Shown here piece by piece: positions 9,841-19,835 of a stretch of 64,000 bases of DNA. Source of the DNA: Parachlamydiales bacterium (GTDB taxonomy: Bacteria; Chlamydiota; Chlamydiia; Chlamydiales; Parachlamydiaceae); NCBI GenBank assembly GCA_020051075.1, contig JAGVJP010000041.1, positions 1 through 64,000 on the forward strand, given 5' to 3'. Position 1 is the first letter of the stretch; every line of letters starts with the position of its first letter. The notes under the pieces are model-generated. The model saw nothing but the letters and a program-made list of their open reading frames with translations, searched no databases and had not been told where the DNA came from. Made by a program: the position numbers and the translations under genes.

Positions 9841-9946
9841 AAATGACATTGCTGTTGTCAAAAAGGAAGCGGAAATGACATTGCTATTGTCAAAAAGGAA
9901 GCGGAAATGACATTGCTATTGTCAAAAAGGAAGCGGAAATGACATT
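9841..9946 (+). repeat. 32-bp tandem repeat x3.3 overlapping the start codon of AAA-DUF4143 gene 2
   Basis: Unit AAATGACATTGCT(A/G)TTGTCAAAAAGGAAGCGG at 9841, 9873 and 9905, partial at 9937; internal TGACA-N7-TGTCA palindrome. Confidence 0.95.
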
Positions 9947-11102
9947 TCATCAAATAAAAAGACTATTCGAATTTCCCAAACAAAGCTTTTTCTTATTTGG
10001 ACCTCGTGGGACGGGAAAGTCTACTCTTTTGAAGACACGATATCCAAATGCACTCGTTATTGATTTATTACTTTCTGATGTTCGACGTCGTTTCACCGCT
10101 ACACCTGAACACTTATTAGATGTTGTCAGGGCTCAACCTAATGGTCAGGTCATTGTGATTGACGAAATTCAAAAAGTTCCAGAGTTATTGTCTTTAGTTC
10201 ATGTGTTAATCGAAGAGAAAAAAGATTGGCAATTTGTTCTAACAGGTTCAAGCGCTCGAAAACTAAAAAAACAGGGGGTAGATTTATTAGGTGGGAGAGC
10301 ACTTAAAAAAATATTACATCCTTTTATGGCAAATGAATTGAAAAATGGCTTTAAATTAGATGATGCACTTATAAATGGTCTTTTACCACTCTGTTATAAT
10401 GTTGAGAAACCACAGACCATCCTATCGACTTATATCGATTTGTATCTAGATGAAGAGATTAAGGCTGAGGGAGTCATCCGAAATATTGAACCCTTCATAC
10501 GCTTTTTGGAAGTCATGAGTTTCTCTCATGGATCGGTTTTGAATGTCAGCAATATTGCTAGAGAATGTGCTGTTAAACGTACGACGGTTCAAAATTGGAT
10601 ATCAATATTAGAAGATCTCCTCATTAGTTTTCAAATTCCAATTTTCACAAAAAGAGCTAAAAGGATGCTTTCAGCACACCCAAAATTCTATTTTTTTGAT
10701 GTGGGAGTGTATCGAGCAATTAGACCTCGTTCTATTTTAGATAGTGTGAGTGAAATCGATGGAGCTTCTCTAGAAGGCTTAGTCGCTCAACACCTACGAG
10801 CATGGATAGACTATACCGAGGAACCTCATAAACTCTACTTTTGGAGGACTAAATCAGGTCTTGAAGTGGACTTCATCGTTTATGGGCCTTTGGGATTTTG
10901 GGCTATAGAAGTCAAGAGTTCTTCTGTGATTCACCCAGCTGATCTCCAACCATTAGAACATTTCCTCCAAGATTATCCAGAAGCAAAGGCTATTTTTCTC
11001 TATCGAGGAAAAGAAAAACTTCTCAAAAAGAATGTGTTGTGCTTGCCATGCGACGAATTTCTGCTTCAACTTCACCCTAACCAACTTCTCATACCGATAT
11101 AA
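9939..11102 (+). CDS. AAA_14 ATPase with DUF4143 and C-terminal PD-(D/E)XK-like domain
   Basis: GPRGTGKS, IDEIQK, LTGSSARKL, PKFYFFDVG, LEVDF..IEVK. Confidence 0.9.
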   Translation: MTFHQIKRLFEFPKQSFFLFGPRGTGKSTLLKTRYPNALVIDLLLSDVRRRFTATPEHLLDVVRAQPNGQVIVIDEIQKVPELLSLVHVLIEEKKDWQFVLTGSSARKLKKQGVDLLGGRALKKILHPFMANELKNGFKLDDALINGLLPLCYNVEKPQTILSTYIDLYLDEEIKAEGVIRNIEPFIRFLEVMSFSHGSVLNVSNIARECAVKRTTVQNWISILEDLLISFQIPIFTKRAKRMLSAHPKFYFFDVGVYRAIRPRSILDSVSEIDGASLEGLVAQHLRAWIDYTEEPHKLYFWRTKSGLEVDFIVYGPLGFWAIEVKSSSVIHPADLQPLEHFLQDYPEAKAIFLYRGKEKLLKKNVLCLPCDEFLLQLHPNQLLIPI

Positions 11103-11178
11103 AATTGGTTAAATATTTTTTGACTAAATTTTCCCCGTTAGACAGTATAGCCTTGAACAAAACAATGAAAGGAAATTT

Positions 11179-12148
11179 ATGTGTGCCTGGTATCGGTCGA
11201 TCAAAACAAGCGTGTTTATCGTTGCTGTCGCTTTCAGCGTTTCCTTATTAGCTGATAACCAAACGCCAACTGTCAGCCCCATCTTTCCCGAAAATGAATT
11301 GCCTTTTCGGGTGAGTATTGAACTTGCAGATTTCGCCTTGCCAACCGGGCTCCATTCCTTTGTTTTTGCTACACATAACGGTAAGTGGCTGATGCTATGC
11401 GGCCGTACCAATGCGCCGTTTCCACATTCGGGATAATGGTCTGACGCTTAGTGTTAAAGTGTTAGAACCTCTCCCCCTCACCTTAAATCCAGCCTTTCGC
11501 CGCAGAGATCTCAATGTTCCGCGTGTCCTTAGCAGAGTGAGAGGAAAGCTGAAGCCGGGGTTGGTTGCCTTATCAGGGGTGTTTACAGAAACGGATGGTA
11601 TTTGGACGGTGCCTGTTAAGATTACTGCAGATGGAAAACCATGTATGGAAAATCCTGATCGTTCAAGGACTTTTAAACAGGGGATGAATAACTATGCCAG
11701 CGCTGTTGTGGGATTTTTTTCGAAAAAGACCGGAGATATGTATACAGTCCTTTGCGGGGGTCTAACTTATGAAACTTTTGCTGAGGGTGTGTTTAAACCC
11801 GATTCAGATATTCCCTTTACGAACCAAGTCACCACGATTCGAATCGATGAAAAAGGCAGGTTTAAACAATTTCTCATGAGTGGACAATACCCTGTGATCT
11901 TGTCGACACAGTCTAACCCCGGGAATCAACTGCTTTTTGGGACAAATGCAGCGTTCATTCCTACTGCCCCTCAACTTATTCCTGACGTCATTGACTTGGA
12001 TAGGGTAAGGGACGGGAGGGTTGTTGGGTATATCGTCGGCGGGATAGAAAGTACTGTGCCTGATACAGAGTCTCAAAGCGATTCTGCTGCTTCACCTTAT
12101 ATTTTTCAGGTGAGGATCCTCCCTGCTTCAATCAACCATAATTGGTAA
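11179..12148 (+). pseudogene. Probably one exported beta-propeller/Kelch-like gene broken by a frameshift or internal deletion near 11411
   Basis: ORF 11179-11436 has a signal peptide plus GLHSF..HNGKWLMLCGRTN; the overlapping ORF 11411-12148 in another frame starts abruptly (RRFHIRDNG...RRRDLNV). Confidence 0.55.
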
Positions 12149-12179
12149 TCTAGTGTCTAATTGCATAAATAACTATGCG
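12148..12179 (+). repeat. 32-bp dispersed repeat, copy 1 (identical to 48631-48662)
   Basis: ATCTAGTGTCTAATTGCATAAATAACTATGCG, exact match at two loci. Confidence 0.9.
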
Positions 12180-12534
12180 CAAAACTACGCTAAAGCCTCA
12201 AATATCATGACAACCCTAGGAATGCTTCAAAGCGTGAGAAGAGTTGTCTAATCCTCTCCATCTTATATCTCCTCATTGATCTCACTGGCTCTGTGGTAAT
12301 TTGTGCAACAATTCATCTATGAATGTAGAATGTTCCATGGTGTTGTTGCTGTTAATATAGCTATGAGAGGCATGTTTTTCTTTCATCATCATCTTGACTT
12401 TTAGTCCAAAAGAGTTTAAAAACATTGGCGACTTTGTGAATTAACCGGCTTCAGATGAAGTTTGTTATCATCGTTTTTGAGCCAATAGCGAATCTATTTG
12501 TTTTTCACATCGCAATAACTTTAGTGGAGACGTC

Positions 12535-14106
12535 ATGAAATTTGTGAATCTGTTAATATCGATTTTCATTATACAAATAACCTTGTTTTCAAGCCTTCAA
12601 GCTCAACAGATTGGGCAAGAAACCTCTTTTGATCGCCAACTCAATACGAAAGATGACCAGCCTGTCCGTGAGTTTGTTGAATCTAAGGAAAATATCGACG
12701 TGAAAGAAAAAGCTCAAAACCTTGAGATCAGCGGTGATGTTCGCTTTGAATGGCGATCAATTCAGGAGAAGGGGGTTGTTTTATCTGTGCCTTCGTCTTA
12801 TCTTAGCAGTGGTGATCTTTCTGGCGTCTATTTAGTTTCCGACCCGTATTATAATGAAATCTCTTATTTCAGTGAAGAATACAGGGCCTTTCGCGGCGGC
12901 GATCATGTGCTTACGGACGGACTCCCTATTTCCACAAACGATTTTGATGTCGAATTCAACCTGAAGTTTAAGTACAACTACAAAAAATCATGGGCGATGG
13001 CCCACCTGCAGTTTGATAACCCAGCTGGTATTCGAGTTGGAAATGATTGCGTTGCTAAATATGCGATTTTTAATGAAGACGGCAGTGCTGTGATCGTCAA
13101 TACGATTTCTCCGAGAGATACCAGCCGAGCTCTTAAAGGAAGCGGTTTGGGACTTGCGGTTAACCTAAAAAGAGCTTACATGGGTTATAATGTTTGGGCA
13201 GACGGGAAGCATCGTCTTGATATTGAAATTGGCCGCCGTAAGTTCGATGACATTTTCGTCTCTGAAATTGAATTCTCAAGTCGCTTTGACGGGATACTAT
13301 TAAAGTATGCGAGTGCACTTGAAGATATGGCCGATTGGTACATCAATGTAGGTGCTTTTCTTATCGATGAGAGGGTGAATCACTTTGGCTGGATCACAGA
13401 ATTAGGCGTACTAAACATTTATGATATGGGCTTAGACCTCAGATACTCTTTTGTTGATTGGACGAAGCGAGGCTCAAATCGATGTTTTGCTTTTAATCCT
13501 CTCGGGACGGATTTTCAGATTTCTCAGTGGTCATGGTCTTATCATTTCTCTCCACTCTTATGGGAAAAAGAGGTTCCTTTTGAGTTTTATGGCGGTTTCC
13601 TCATCAACCATGGAGCCAAGAAGAATCGATTTACAAAAGGTAAGCTGAAGAACTTGGGATGGTATGCAGGGCTTTATGTTGGAAGCGTCGATAAAGAGGG
13701 AGATTGGTCGTTTGATATCGAATATATCGCTGTGCAAGCACAGGCTGTTCCAGATCCTGATGTCGGAAGTATTGGTCGAGGAAATATCTTTGATCTGAAT
13801 CTTGTCGATGTAGTTGGCCCTCTTCAGTCACTTCCCAGGGATTTCATTGAGGATTATTCTTATCCTTCTTCTTATTTTTATCCTTCTTCTTATTCTTCTT
13901 CATCCCCTTCGAGGGTCGAATTCCTCGGTTATTTTCCTCGGCAGGGAAATGCTAACTTCATTGGATGGCGTTTTGAGTTCCTCTACGCGATCACTGACAA
14001 CCTCTCTTTGGATGTGATTTATGAATTCTCTAATGCTGAAGATCGCAGAATTGGAGGTCCTCATAACTACCATGACTTTGAGCTGGAAGCAATCTACGCT
14101 TTCTAG
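12535..14106 (+). CDS. Outer-membrane beta-barrel protein, chlamydial CT623/CHLPN-76kDa-like putative porin
   Basis: Signal peptide; ISGDVRFEW, FDVEFNL, LKRAYMGY, EIGRR; C-terminal Phe (AIYAF). Confidence 0.75.
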   Translation: MKFVNLLISIFIIQITLFSSLQAQQIGQETSFDRQLNTKDDQPVREFVESKENIDVKEKAQNLEISGDVRFEWRSIQEKGVVLSVPSSYLSSGDLSGVYLVSDPYYNEISYFSEEYRAFRGGDHVLTDGLPISTNDFDVEFNLKFKYNYKKSWAMAHLQFDNPAGIRVGNDCVAKYAIFNEDGSAVIVNTISPRDTSRALKGSGLGLAVNLKRAYMGYNVWADGKHRLDIEIGRRKFDDIFVSEIEFSSRFDGILLKYASALEDMADWYINVGAFLIDERVNHFGWITELGVLNIYDMGLDLRYSFVDWTKRGSNRCFAFNPLGTDFQISQWSWSYHFSPLLWEKEVPFEFYGGFLINHGAKKNRFTKGKLKNLGWYAGLYVGSVDKEGDWSFDIEYIAVQAQAVPDPDVGSIGRGNIFDLNLVDVVGPLQSLPRDFIEDYSYPSSYFYPSSYSSSSPSRVEFLGYFPRQGNANFIGWRFEFLYAITDNLSLDVIYEFSNAEDRRIGGPHNYHDFELEAIYAF

Positions 14107-14291
14107 ACAAGATAGCAGGATAGCGAATAACTTAACGCGCTTTCATCCTTCTCATCTTTCCCATCCTGTAAAATTGACAGGATGGGAAGGATAGTGATGA
14201 TAAAAGGAGATAGGCTTTTCTTTTATTGTTTGTCTTTACTTTCCTATCATCTTGCTTATCCTGCCGCTTGCGATCTTACCTATCCTGTTTT
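14107..14291. repeat. CAGGATA-family element
   Basis: Starts right after the porin stop; central hairpin CCCATCCTGT-N7-ACAGGATGGG; right arm TATCCTGCCGCTTGCGATC. Confidence 0.85.
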
Positions 14292-14375
14292 TCTATGCTG
14301 GAAAGTTGCTGTTTTGCCTATTCTGTTTATTTGAATAGCGGGGGTCGAATTGCAGCAGGTGACTGAAGATGTGAG

Positions 14376-15362
14376 CTACGTATTAAAGAGGTGCGCAGCA
14401 GCTTGGAGGTTTGGGTCAGTTTGATCGATGGGATGTTCCAGAGGATGAGCTTTTCTCTTCTTAAGGATGGATTCAAGAAGATGCGTTTCAGCATCTCGAT
14501 CGAGACGGTGAAAATAGTCTATAGCAATCGATAATAGATCTTGGAAATCCTCTTCATTTTGAATGAGGGTCCATGTTTCTCTGATCAAGCGGCAAAAGAC
14601 AGGTTCAGGGACCATCCCCGTCATCAATGAGAGGAATTCTAAGTTGAACTCGACGTCGTTCTCCTTCAATTTTTCGTCGATAAGGCTTTGCATCAATTTT
14701 TGCGCTGTTTTTCCGTGAATATTGTGGCAGATGCGCAAACGGAGCAACTGAAACCATTTGTTATCATTTAAATAGATCTCAAATTCATCCAAAAGTTCTT
14801 GAGCGTATGATTCGTTGTCTTCTTCGATCTGCTGGGTGATGAAGTCATAGAGAAAAGTTTCCACATCATTAGCACAATAAGCAGAGATCAGTTGTATGGC
14901 TTCTGAGGGAGAGACCCCTTCATCGACGTTTTGATCGAGAATTTGTGAGAAATGGATGAGAGCATCTTGAAGAGCTAAGGGGTTTTCGATTTCGTCATTA
15001 TCGTAAAGGAAAATATGATGGTCGAGTTCATTGCATAGGATTGAGATAGAGGGCTTCTCTGAATATATCCGGCGCCATAGCTCGAAGACCAATAAATAGA
15101 TTTGATCTTCCTCAGCAGCTGTGAACACTGCATCTCCAATGAGTTGTTCGGTTAATTCTTCAGGGGAGTCGCTTTCGTCGGCAAAGGCGGTAAATGTCGA
15201 GCGATCCAGTTGGATTTGATATTGCTTAAGCCTCTCAAAAAGCTCGAATAAAGGGATAGCCCGATAATCTTCGACTTGCCACGGCTCAACTTTAAGCGAA
15301 GGATCGTTAAGCCAATTTATCCGCAATAAAGTGTAAAGGGCGCGTCGTTCAATTGTGTTCAT
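14376..15362 (-). CDS. Conserved hypothetical acidic helical protein
   Basis: 328-aa ORF directly downstream of the Bat genes on the same strand. Confidence 0.75.
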   Translation of the reverse strand: MNTIERRALYTLLRINWLNDPSLKVEPWQVEDYRAIPLFELFERLKQYQIQLDRSTFTAFADESDSPEELTEQLIGDAVFTAAEEDQIYLLVFELWRRIYSEKPSISILCNELDHHIFLYDNDEIENPLALQDALIHFSQILDQNVDEGVSPSEAIQLISAYCANDVETFLYDFITQQIEEDNESYAQELLDEFEIYLNDNKWFQLLRLRICHNIHGKTAQKLMQSLIDEKLKENDVEFNLEFLSLMTGMVPEPVFCRLIRETWTLIQNEEDFQDLLSIAIDYFHRLDRDAETHLLESILKKRKAHPLEHPIDQTDPNLQAAAHLFNT

Positions 15363-15370
15363 AACAACTC

Positions 15371-16129
15371 TCAGATTATTCTCATGTTCTCAAAAGGGAC
15401 GTAGCCGACTAATCCAGACGGCAGGGTAATTTTTATCCATTGACCATTCGATATTGCTTGCAAGATCTGAACTTTTGAACCAGCTAAAAGAGGTTCTTCC
15501 AATAATTGTGGCTGTCCTAAGCTGGGGGCCCGATAGAGTCCTGTCGAGGAGACAATAATTCCCTCAATAGGGGTTAAATAATAAGAGATTACAATATTTC
15601 CTAAAAGAAGAAAAATGATCATTGTGGAAAAGAGTGCTGCATAACGGAGTTTTGAAGAAATATTCCATATAGAAACAGATAAAATGATTAAAGTGAAGAG
15701 AATGCTCCAGAAGAGGAGTTGATAGAGAGTTGAAGAAGGTAGAAAAGATTGATGAGGGAGGTTAAAAGGCGGAGAAGGGGTTCCCAGGGTTTGGTAGGCT
15801 TTATTTAGGCGGTTGAAGAGTAGAGTGTTGTCGCGATCACTTGAAAAAATGGCTCGCTGATAATATAAGATTGCCCAGGGATATGCTTCAAGTTGAAAAT
15901 AGGTGTCTCCAATCGCTCTGTTAAGGTCAGAGGAACGTTCATGACTTTGAGAAAGTTGATGATAAAGGGTGAGAGCTTGATTAAACGCCTCTTCACGGAG
16001 TTCAAAGGTTGTTGCTTGCAACCCTTTCTGATAGGCACGTTGAGCTTCGATGATAGGGGTTGCTGAGGTTTCAGCCCACAGAGGTAGATAGAAAAGAGTA
16101 AATAAGTGGATGAGATAGAAAAAGAACAT
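15371..16129 (-). CDS. BatE-like protein (TPR + TM + SH3b)
   Basis: Signal peptide, TPR-like AILYYQRA, two TMs, C-terminal GSKVQIL...WIKITLPSGLVGYV. Confidence 0.75.
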   Translation of the reverse strand: MFFFYLIHLFTLFYLPLWAETSATPIIEAQRAYQKGLQATTFELREEAFNQALTLYHQLSQSHERSSDLNRAIGDTYFQLEAYPWAILYYQRAIFSSDRDNTLLFNRLNKAYQTLGTPSPPFNLPHQSFLPSSTLYQLLFWSILFTLIILSVSIWNISSKLRYAALFSTMIIFLLLGNIVISYYLTPIEGIIVSSTGLYRAPSLGQPQLLEEPLLAGSKVQILQAISNGQWIKITLPSGLVGYVPFENMRII

Positions 16130-16130
16130 A

Positions 16131-17831
16131 TTACCAAAAAAAATCTTGTGCCTGTTTTAAAACTAAAGTTAAATCAAATGGCTGTTTTTGACCATACTGA
16201 AGTGACTGTAAATATCCAAGAAAATTCCTTATTTCTCCAATTTTTCCTTCTCGGGGTAATTCTTCTAGATGGCAAGCGCCTTCTACGATGAGTTCTTTTT
16301 CGTAGAGTCTGAGCCAAAAGGCATTTTCAAGCAATTGAATGTTGTGATGTGGATCTGGAAAATGTTGAGATGCTGCTTTAAACATTTCTACGCTTTTCAA
16401 GGATTTTGGTTTTGGTCTTGTTAAACGGTTTTTTTTGACCCAAACCTGCAAAGAGAGGATCAAAGCTGCGAAGGGAAAACCCCAAAACACGCGGCAGGTA
16501 TTGATCCATGAGAGGTTTGGACCGATCTCAATTGGTTCTGATTCTGATAATTTCAGAGGTGTTAATTGAGGCTCTGGCCATTGAAAAGAATGGGATGATG
16601 GGAAAATCGGGAGTTCATGGCCGGGCGGCTGTTCATTTTTTCCTGCGGCATCAGCTATCCGAATGGGGATAGGCTTAGTTGTTTTTATGACATATTGATT
16701 GTTTTCTTGATCGTAGGAGGAGACCTCGATCGAAGGGATGGTTGTTGCCAATGTTGTCATAGGCCTTAATTCAACTTGGAAGGACTTAACTTGATTTTTT
16801 TCATCGACCTCTCCAACAGGGGGGAGGTCGTTCATCTGAAAGAAACCGCTGAAACCTGGTTGACAGGCAAGTAAAGGGAGGCGGAAACTGTTCAAATTCG
16901 AAATTCCCTTCACGATGATCCGCAGTTGAAGAGTCTCCCCAACAGAAGCCTGTGAAGAAGACAGTAGTTCATCTTCGATGTCAATTGTTCCGAAGGCTTC
17001 AGTGAAAGAGGCTGGTTGTTGATTTTTTGGAAAAGGGGTCACTTGGATTGTAATTGCAGATGATTCAGCTTGCAATAATGTGGGGGAATAGACCTTCTCC
17101 CCTGCTGAATTTAGCGTATAGACATATCCCTCGATTTTGGAGGGGCCAAGCGCGAAGGAACCGATTTCAGCCGCTTCGATCTCTTGAGTGAGTTCTTGTA
17201 TCGATAGGCCCCCTTGTTGATATTCTTTAATTTGAACATCACCGATTTTCTTGAAGTGTTCGGGGTGGACAAAAGGCAAATCAGATTTGGATAAATCGAT
17301 GCTGCGATTAAATGAGATGCGGTAAAATAACTTCGTCCGTTCTCCAGGATGCAGGTTGGATGGCCCTTGGACAATGGAATCGAGCTGGAAAATGATTGGC
17401 GTAGAGGTTTTAGATTCGCGATTTGTTGAAGTTGAGGGCGAGGGTGAAAAAATTCCACTCGGGTTGGCTTTGATCTCATACGGTGAAGCATTCGACTGAT
17501 AGGGTATCCCATTAATTTTGACTGAGACTGGAGGCAGGGTATAAGAGCCGGCAGCTTGTGCCGGGAGCTGAAAGTTGTAAATTGTTACCAATGTATTTTG
17601 AGATGAAAAAGGAACTTCTTTGACGATGACGGCATCGATGGGCTTGCCTTCAAATTGAAAGGAACTGTCATCAATCTTTTCACTTCGCTCATGTGTGATG
17701 GTGACGGTGCCCGTTAAGGGGTAGTTGGCGTAATTGTGAAATAAATCTATCGAAGACTCAACGATAGGATCTGCAGCTAGCAGCGACGGCACGAGGATGA
17801 GGAACAATAACGACAAGAAATGATTTACCAC
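16131..17831 (-). CDS. batD: BatD-like protein
   Basis: Signal peptide, repeated Ig-like segments (GSYTLPPVSV, SVGETLQL), late TM; position in a VWA/TPR operon. Confidence 0.7.
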   Translation of the reverse strand: MVNHFLSLLFLILVPSLLAADPIVESSIDLFHNYANYPLTGTVTITHERSEKIDDSSFQFEGKPIDAVIVKEVPFSSQNTLVTIYNFQLPAQAAGSYTLPPVSVKINGIPYQSNASPYEIKANPSGIFSPSPSTSTNRESKTSTPIIFQLDSIVQGPSNLHPGERTKLFYRISFNRSIDLSKSDLPFVHPEHFKKIGDVQIKEYQQGGLSIQELTQEIEAAEIGSFALGPSKIEGYVYTLNSAGEKVYSPTLLQAESSAITIQVTPFPKNQQPASFTEAFGTIDIEDELLSSSQASVGETLQLRIIVKGISNLNSFRLPLLACQPGFSGFFQMNDLPPVGEVDEKNQVKSFQVELRPMTTLATTIPSIEVSSYDQENNQYVIKTTKPIPIRIADAAGKNEQPPGHELPIFPSSHSFQWPEPQLTPLKLSESEPIEIGPNLSWINTCRVFWGFPFAALILSLQVWVKKNRLTRPKPKSLKSVEMFKAASQHFPDPHHNIQLLENAFWLRLYEKELIVEGACHLEELPREGKIGEIRNFLGYLQSLQYGQKQPFDLTLVLKQAQDFFW

Positions 17832-19219
17832 GAGTACCTCTCGTTGGGTTCAGGAACTGATTTTGCCTGATCTTCCATATACATCTCCTGGATTAAACGG
17901 AAAGACTCATTGAGATTTTGGTTTGCTTCGTTCAGTTTCTTTTGCGGAGGATTCATGAGCAAATTTAATGTCTCTTTCCAAGCCGAGACAACAGCTTCTT
18001 GATAAGCGATGAGAGATGCTGCTTGAATGGGAGTCTTAGAGAGTTCTTTCTCAACTTCTTGAGTGTTATTCAAGCCGTGATCAAACAGCGGGATCGCCTG
18101 ATCCCAAGGAGACTCTTGGCATTGCTGATCTGGATGCTCTTTCTGATGATATGAGGCCGTTTCCTGTTCTAATACTGTTGAGATGAAGGGGGCGACCAGA
18201 TTGCCGATCCTTTTCTGTTGGAAGATTAGAATAGGGAGGGCTTCATCATTGCCCTGACGTTCATAGATCAGTTGAAAGAGGTAGATGAGTTGGAGGGTTC
18301 GGATTGAATGGTCAAGAGCCCGTTGCATGATGGTAATAGGGGATGTTTCATGGAGATGCGATAGCATCTCGAATTCGTCAAAGCTGGCGATCAAGAAAAA
18401 TCGCGCTTCAATGTTCTGGTGAGATTTGAGATTGCTCAGACTCTCCTCTAACAAAACTTTGATTTGAGAGATCTTTTGTTGTGCTCCCTCTTCGATTTTA
18501 AGTCGATCTATCTCGCCGATCAGCTTTTTGACGTCAGCTAAGGAAGGATTGAGTTGAAGCAACAGAACTTCATAATCATATTTGATGGGCTCCAGAGGGG
18601 AGGCGTCTTTATCTTTCTGCACCGATAGCTTCTGCATGCCATCATCAAAACGAATTTTCTGATTTTGTTCAAGAAGAGCTTGTGCCAGTTTATGTTTTTC
18701 CTCGATGCGAGGGTTGGGGGCGCATGAATGAACTTTTTCACCTGCACAGTCGAATTCTTCAGCGCGTTTGAGAGCAATCAACGCCATTTCGATGAAGAAG
18801 TGCTGTTTATCTGATTCAGAGGATAACGCTGCAGCAATTTTTAAGTAGGCTGTGGAAATATTGATGTATAAATGACTTGCAAGGTAGGGTAGAGCTAAAT
18901 TTTCAGGTTTAATTTGTTGGAAATAAAAGAGTGCTTCTGCAGATTTATTCTGAGCTAATTCGATGGTTCCCAAATTATACAGCAGGCGGTTTTTCTCCCA
19001 AGGCTGCACAGATGATTCAAGGCGTTGGTTGTACATTGACATTGCTTGGGAATAATCTTGAGCTGAAAAATAGGCTTGGCTTTGCAAATCAAAATCAGCG
19101 TTCTTTTCAGCAGCTTCTAAGACTAATGCCCCCCACATCATCGCCAACAGGATAGGCAGGATCGCAAGCGGCAGGATAGGCAAGATCAAAAATGGAGAGA
19201 GGCGGCGTTGGTTAAGCAC
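17825..19219 (-). CDS. BatC-like TPR protein (alternative start ATG 19141)
   Basis: YFSAQDYSQA and LLYNLGT TPR motifs; N-terminal hydrophobic stretch is encoded by a CAGGATA repeat arm. Confidence 0.7.
   Translation of the reverse strand: MLNQRRLSPFLILPILPLAILPILLAMMWGALVLEAAEKNADFDLQSQAYFSAQDYSQAMSMYNQRLESSVQPWEKNRLLYNLGTIELAQNKSAEALFYFQQIKPENLALPYLASHLYINISTAYLKIAAALSSESDKQHFFIEMALIALKRAEEFDCAGEKVHSCAPNPRIEEKHKLAQALLEQNQKIRFDDGMQKLSVQKDKDASPLEPIKYDYEVLLLQLNPSLADVKKLIGEIDRLKIEEGAQQKISQIKVLLEESLSNLKSHQNIEARFFLIASFDEFEMLSHLHETSPITIMQRALDHSIRTLQLIYLFQLIYERQGNDEALPILIFQQKRIGNLVAPFISTVLEQETASYHQKEHPDQQCQESPWDQAIPLFDHGLNNTQEVEKELSKTPIQAASLIAYQEAVVSAWKETLNLLMNPPQKKLNEANQNLNESFRLIQEMYMEDQAKSVPEPNERYSW
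19147..19187. repeat. CAGGATA-family solo arm
   Basis: ACAGGATAGGCAGGATCGCAAGCGGCAGGATAGGCAAGATC, near-identical to 56025-56064. Confidence 0.9.
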
Positions 19220-19224
19220 ACGAG

Positions 19225-19503
19225 TTACCCTGCGTGAGAAGGCTTCTGAGAATAATACTTTTCTAAATGAATAAGAATTTTTTCTTTCTGTTGTTCGTTA
19301 AAATCGTCGCATTAGAATCTTAAAAACAATTTCTTTTTTAATTCTGTTTGAGTGATTTGAGGGTTTTCTTCCATAATGGCATGGGTGATGAGGATTTTTG
19401 AGGTTTCGTACATCGACCACCCCATCTTATATCGTTCAGTGGGTGTTTTCTTTTTCATCAATTCATGAAGCTTTTGTGTGATGTGATCAGGCGTATCATT
19501 CAT
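19225..19503 (-). pseudogene. Small antitoxin-like gene with a premature stop
   Basis: MNDTP..TPTERYKMGWSM..P..ELKKKLFLRF*CDDFNEQQKEKIL; the frame continues protein-like past the TAA at 19312. Confidence 0.5.
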
Positions 19504-19507
19504 CTAT

Positions 19508-19610
19508 TTATACCTTCCTGTAAATATCATTAAGGTTTAGTTTTTGCACCCACGCATCTATATACTTCAAATCAAGATTTTCTACCGACGAAAAAATACT
19601 TTTTATATTC
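19508..19610 (-). pseudogene. 3' fragment of a nucleotidyltransferase-like (TA-type) gene
   Basis: Reads NIKSIFSSVENLDLKYIDAWVQKLNLNDIYRKV* with no start; LD..YI..W...L.L pattern. Confidence 0.45.
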
Positions 19611-19685
19611 AATCGACCCAGAATTGCTGCGATCGACCGCCTTCGACCGCCTTCGAGCTTTCAATATTAGAGCTGATTTATTGGA

Positions 19686-19835
19686 CTAATTCTTGATATA
19701 CCATAAAGCATTTCTGCCTCGCCCTTTAGAAGAAACCATTTCTAACTGTTTTAATTGTTGCAAATCATCACGAAGTGTTCTGTCTGCTGGAGGATCAGTA
19801 ATATTCAGTTTAATTTCGGTGAAAGAATTGTCTTT
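19686..19835 (-). pseudogene. 3' fragment encoding a winged HTH of the AlbA/RecG_C-type ATP-binding regulator kind
   Basis: Reads ...DPPADRTLRDDLQQLKQLEMVSSKGRGRNALWYIKN* with no own start. Confidence 0.5.

Noticed and set aside
9841..9946. CRISPR array
   Set aside because: Units are directly adjacent with no unique spacers, and no cas genes are in the window.
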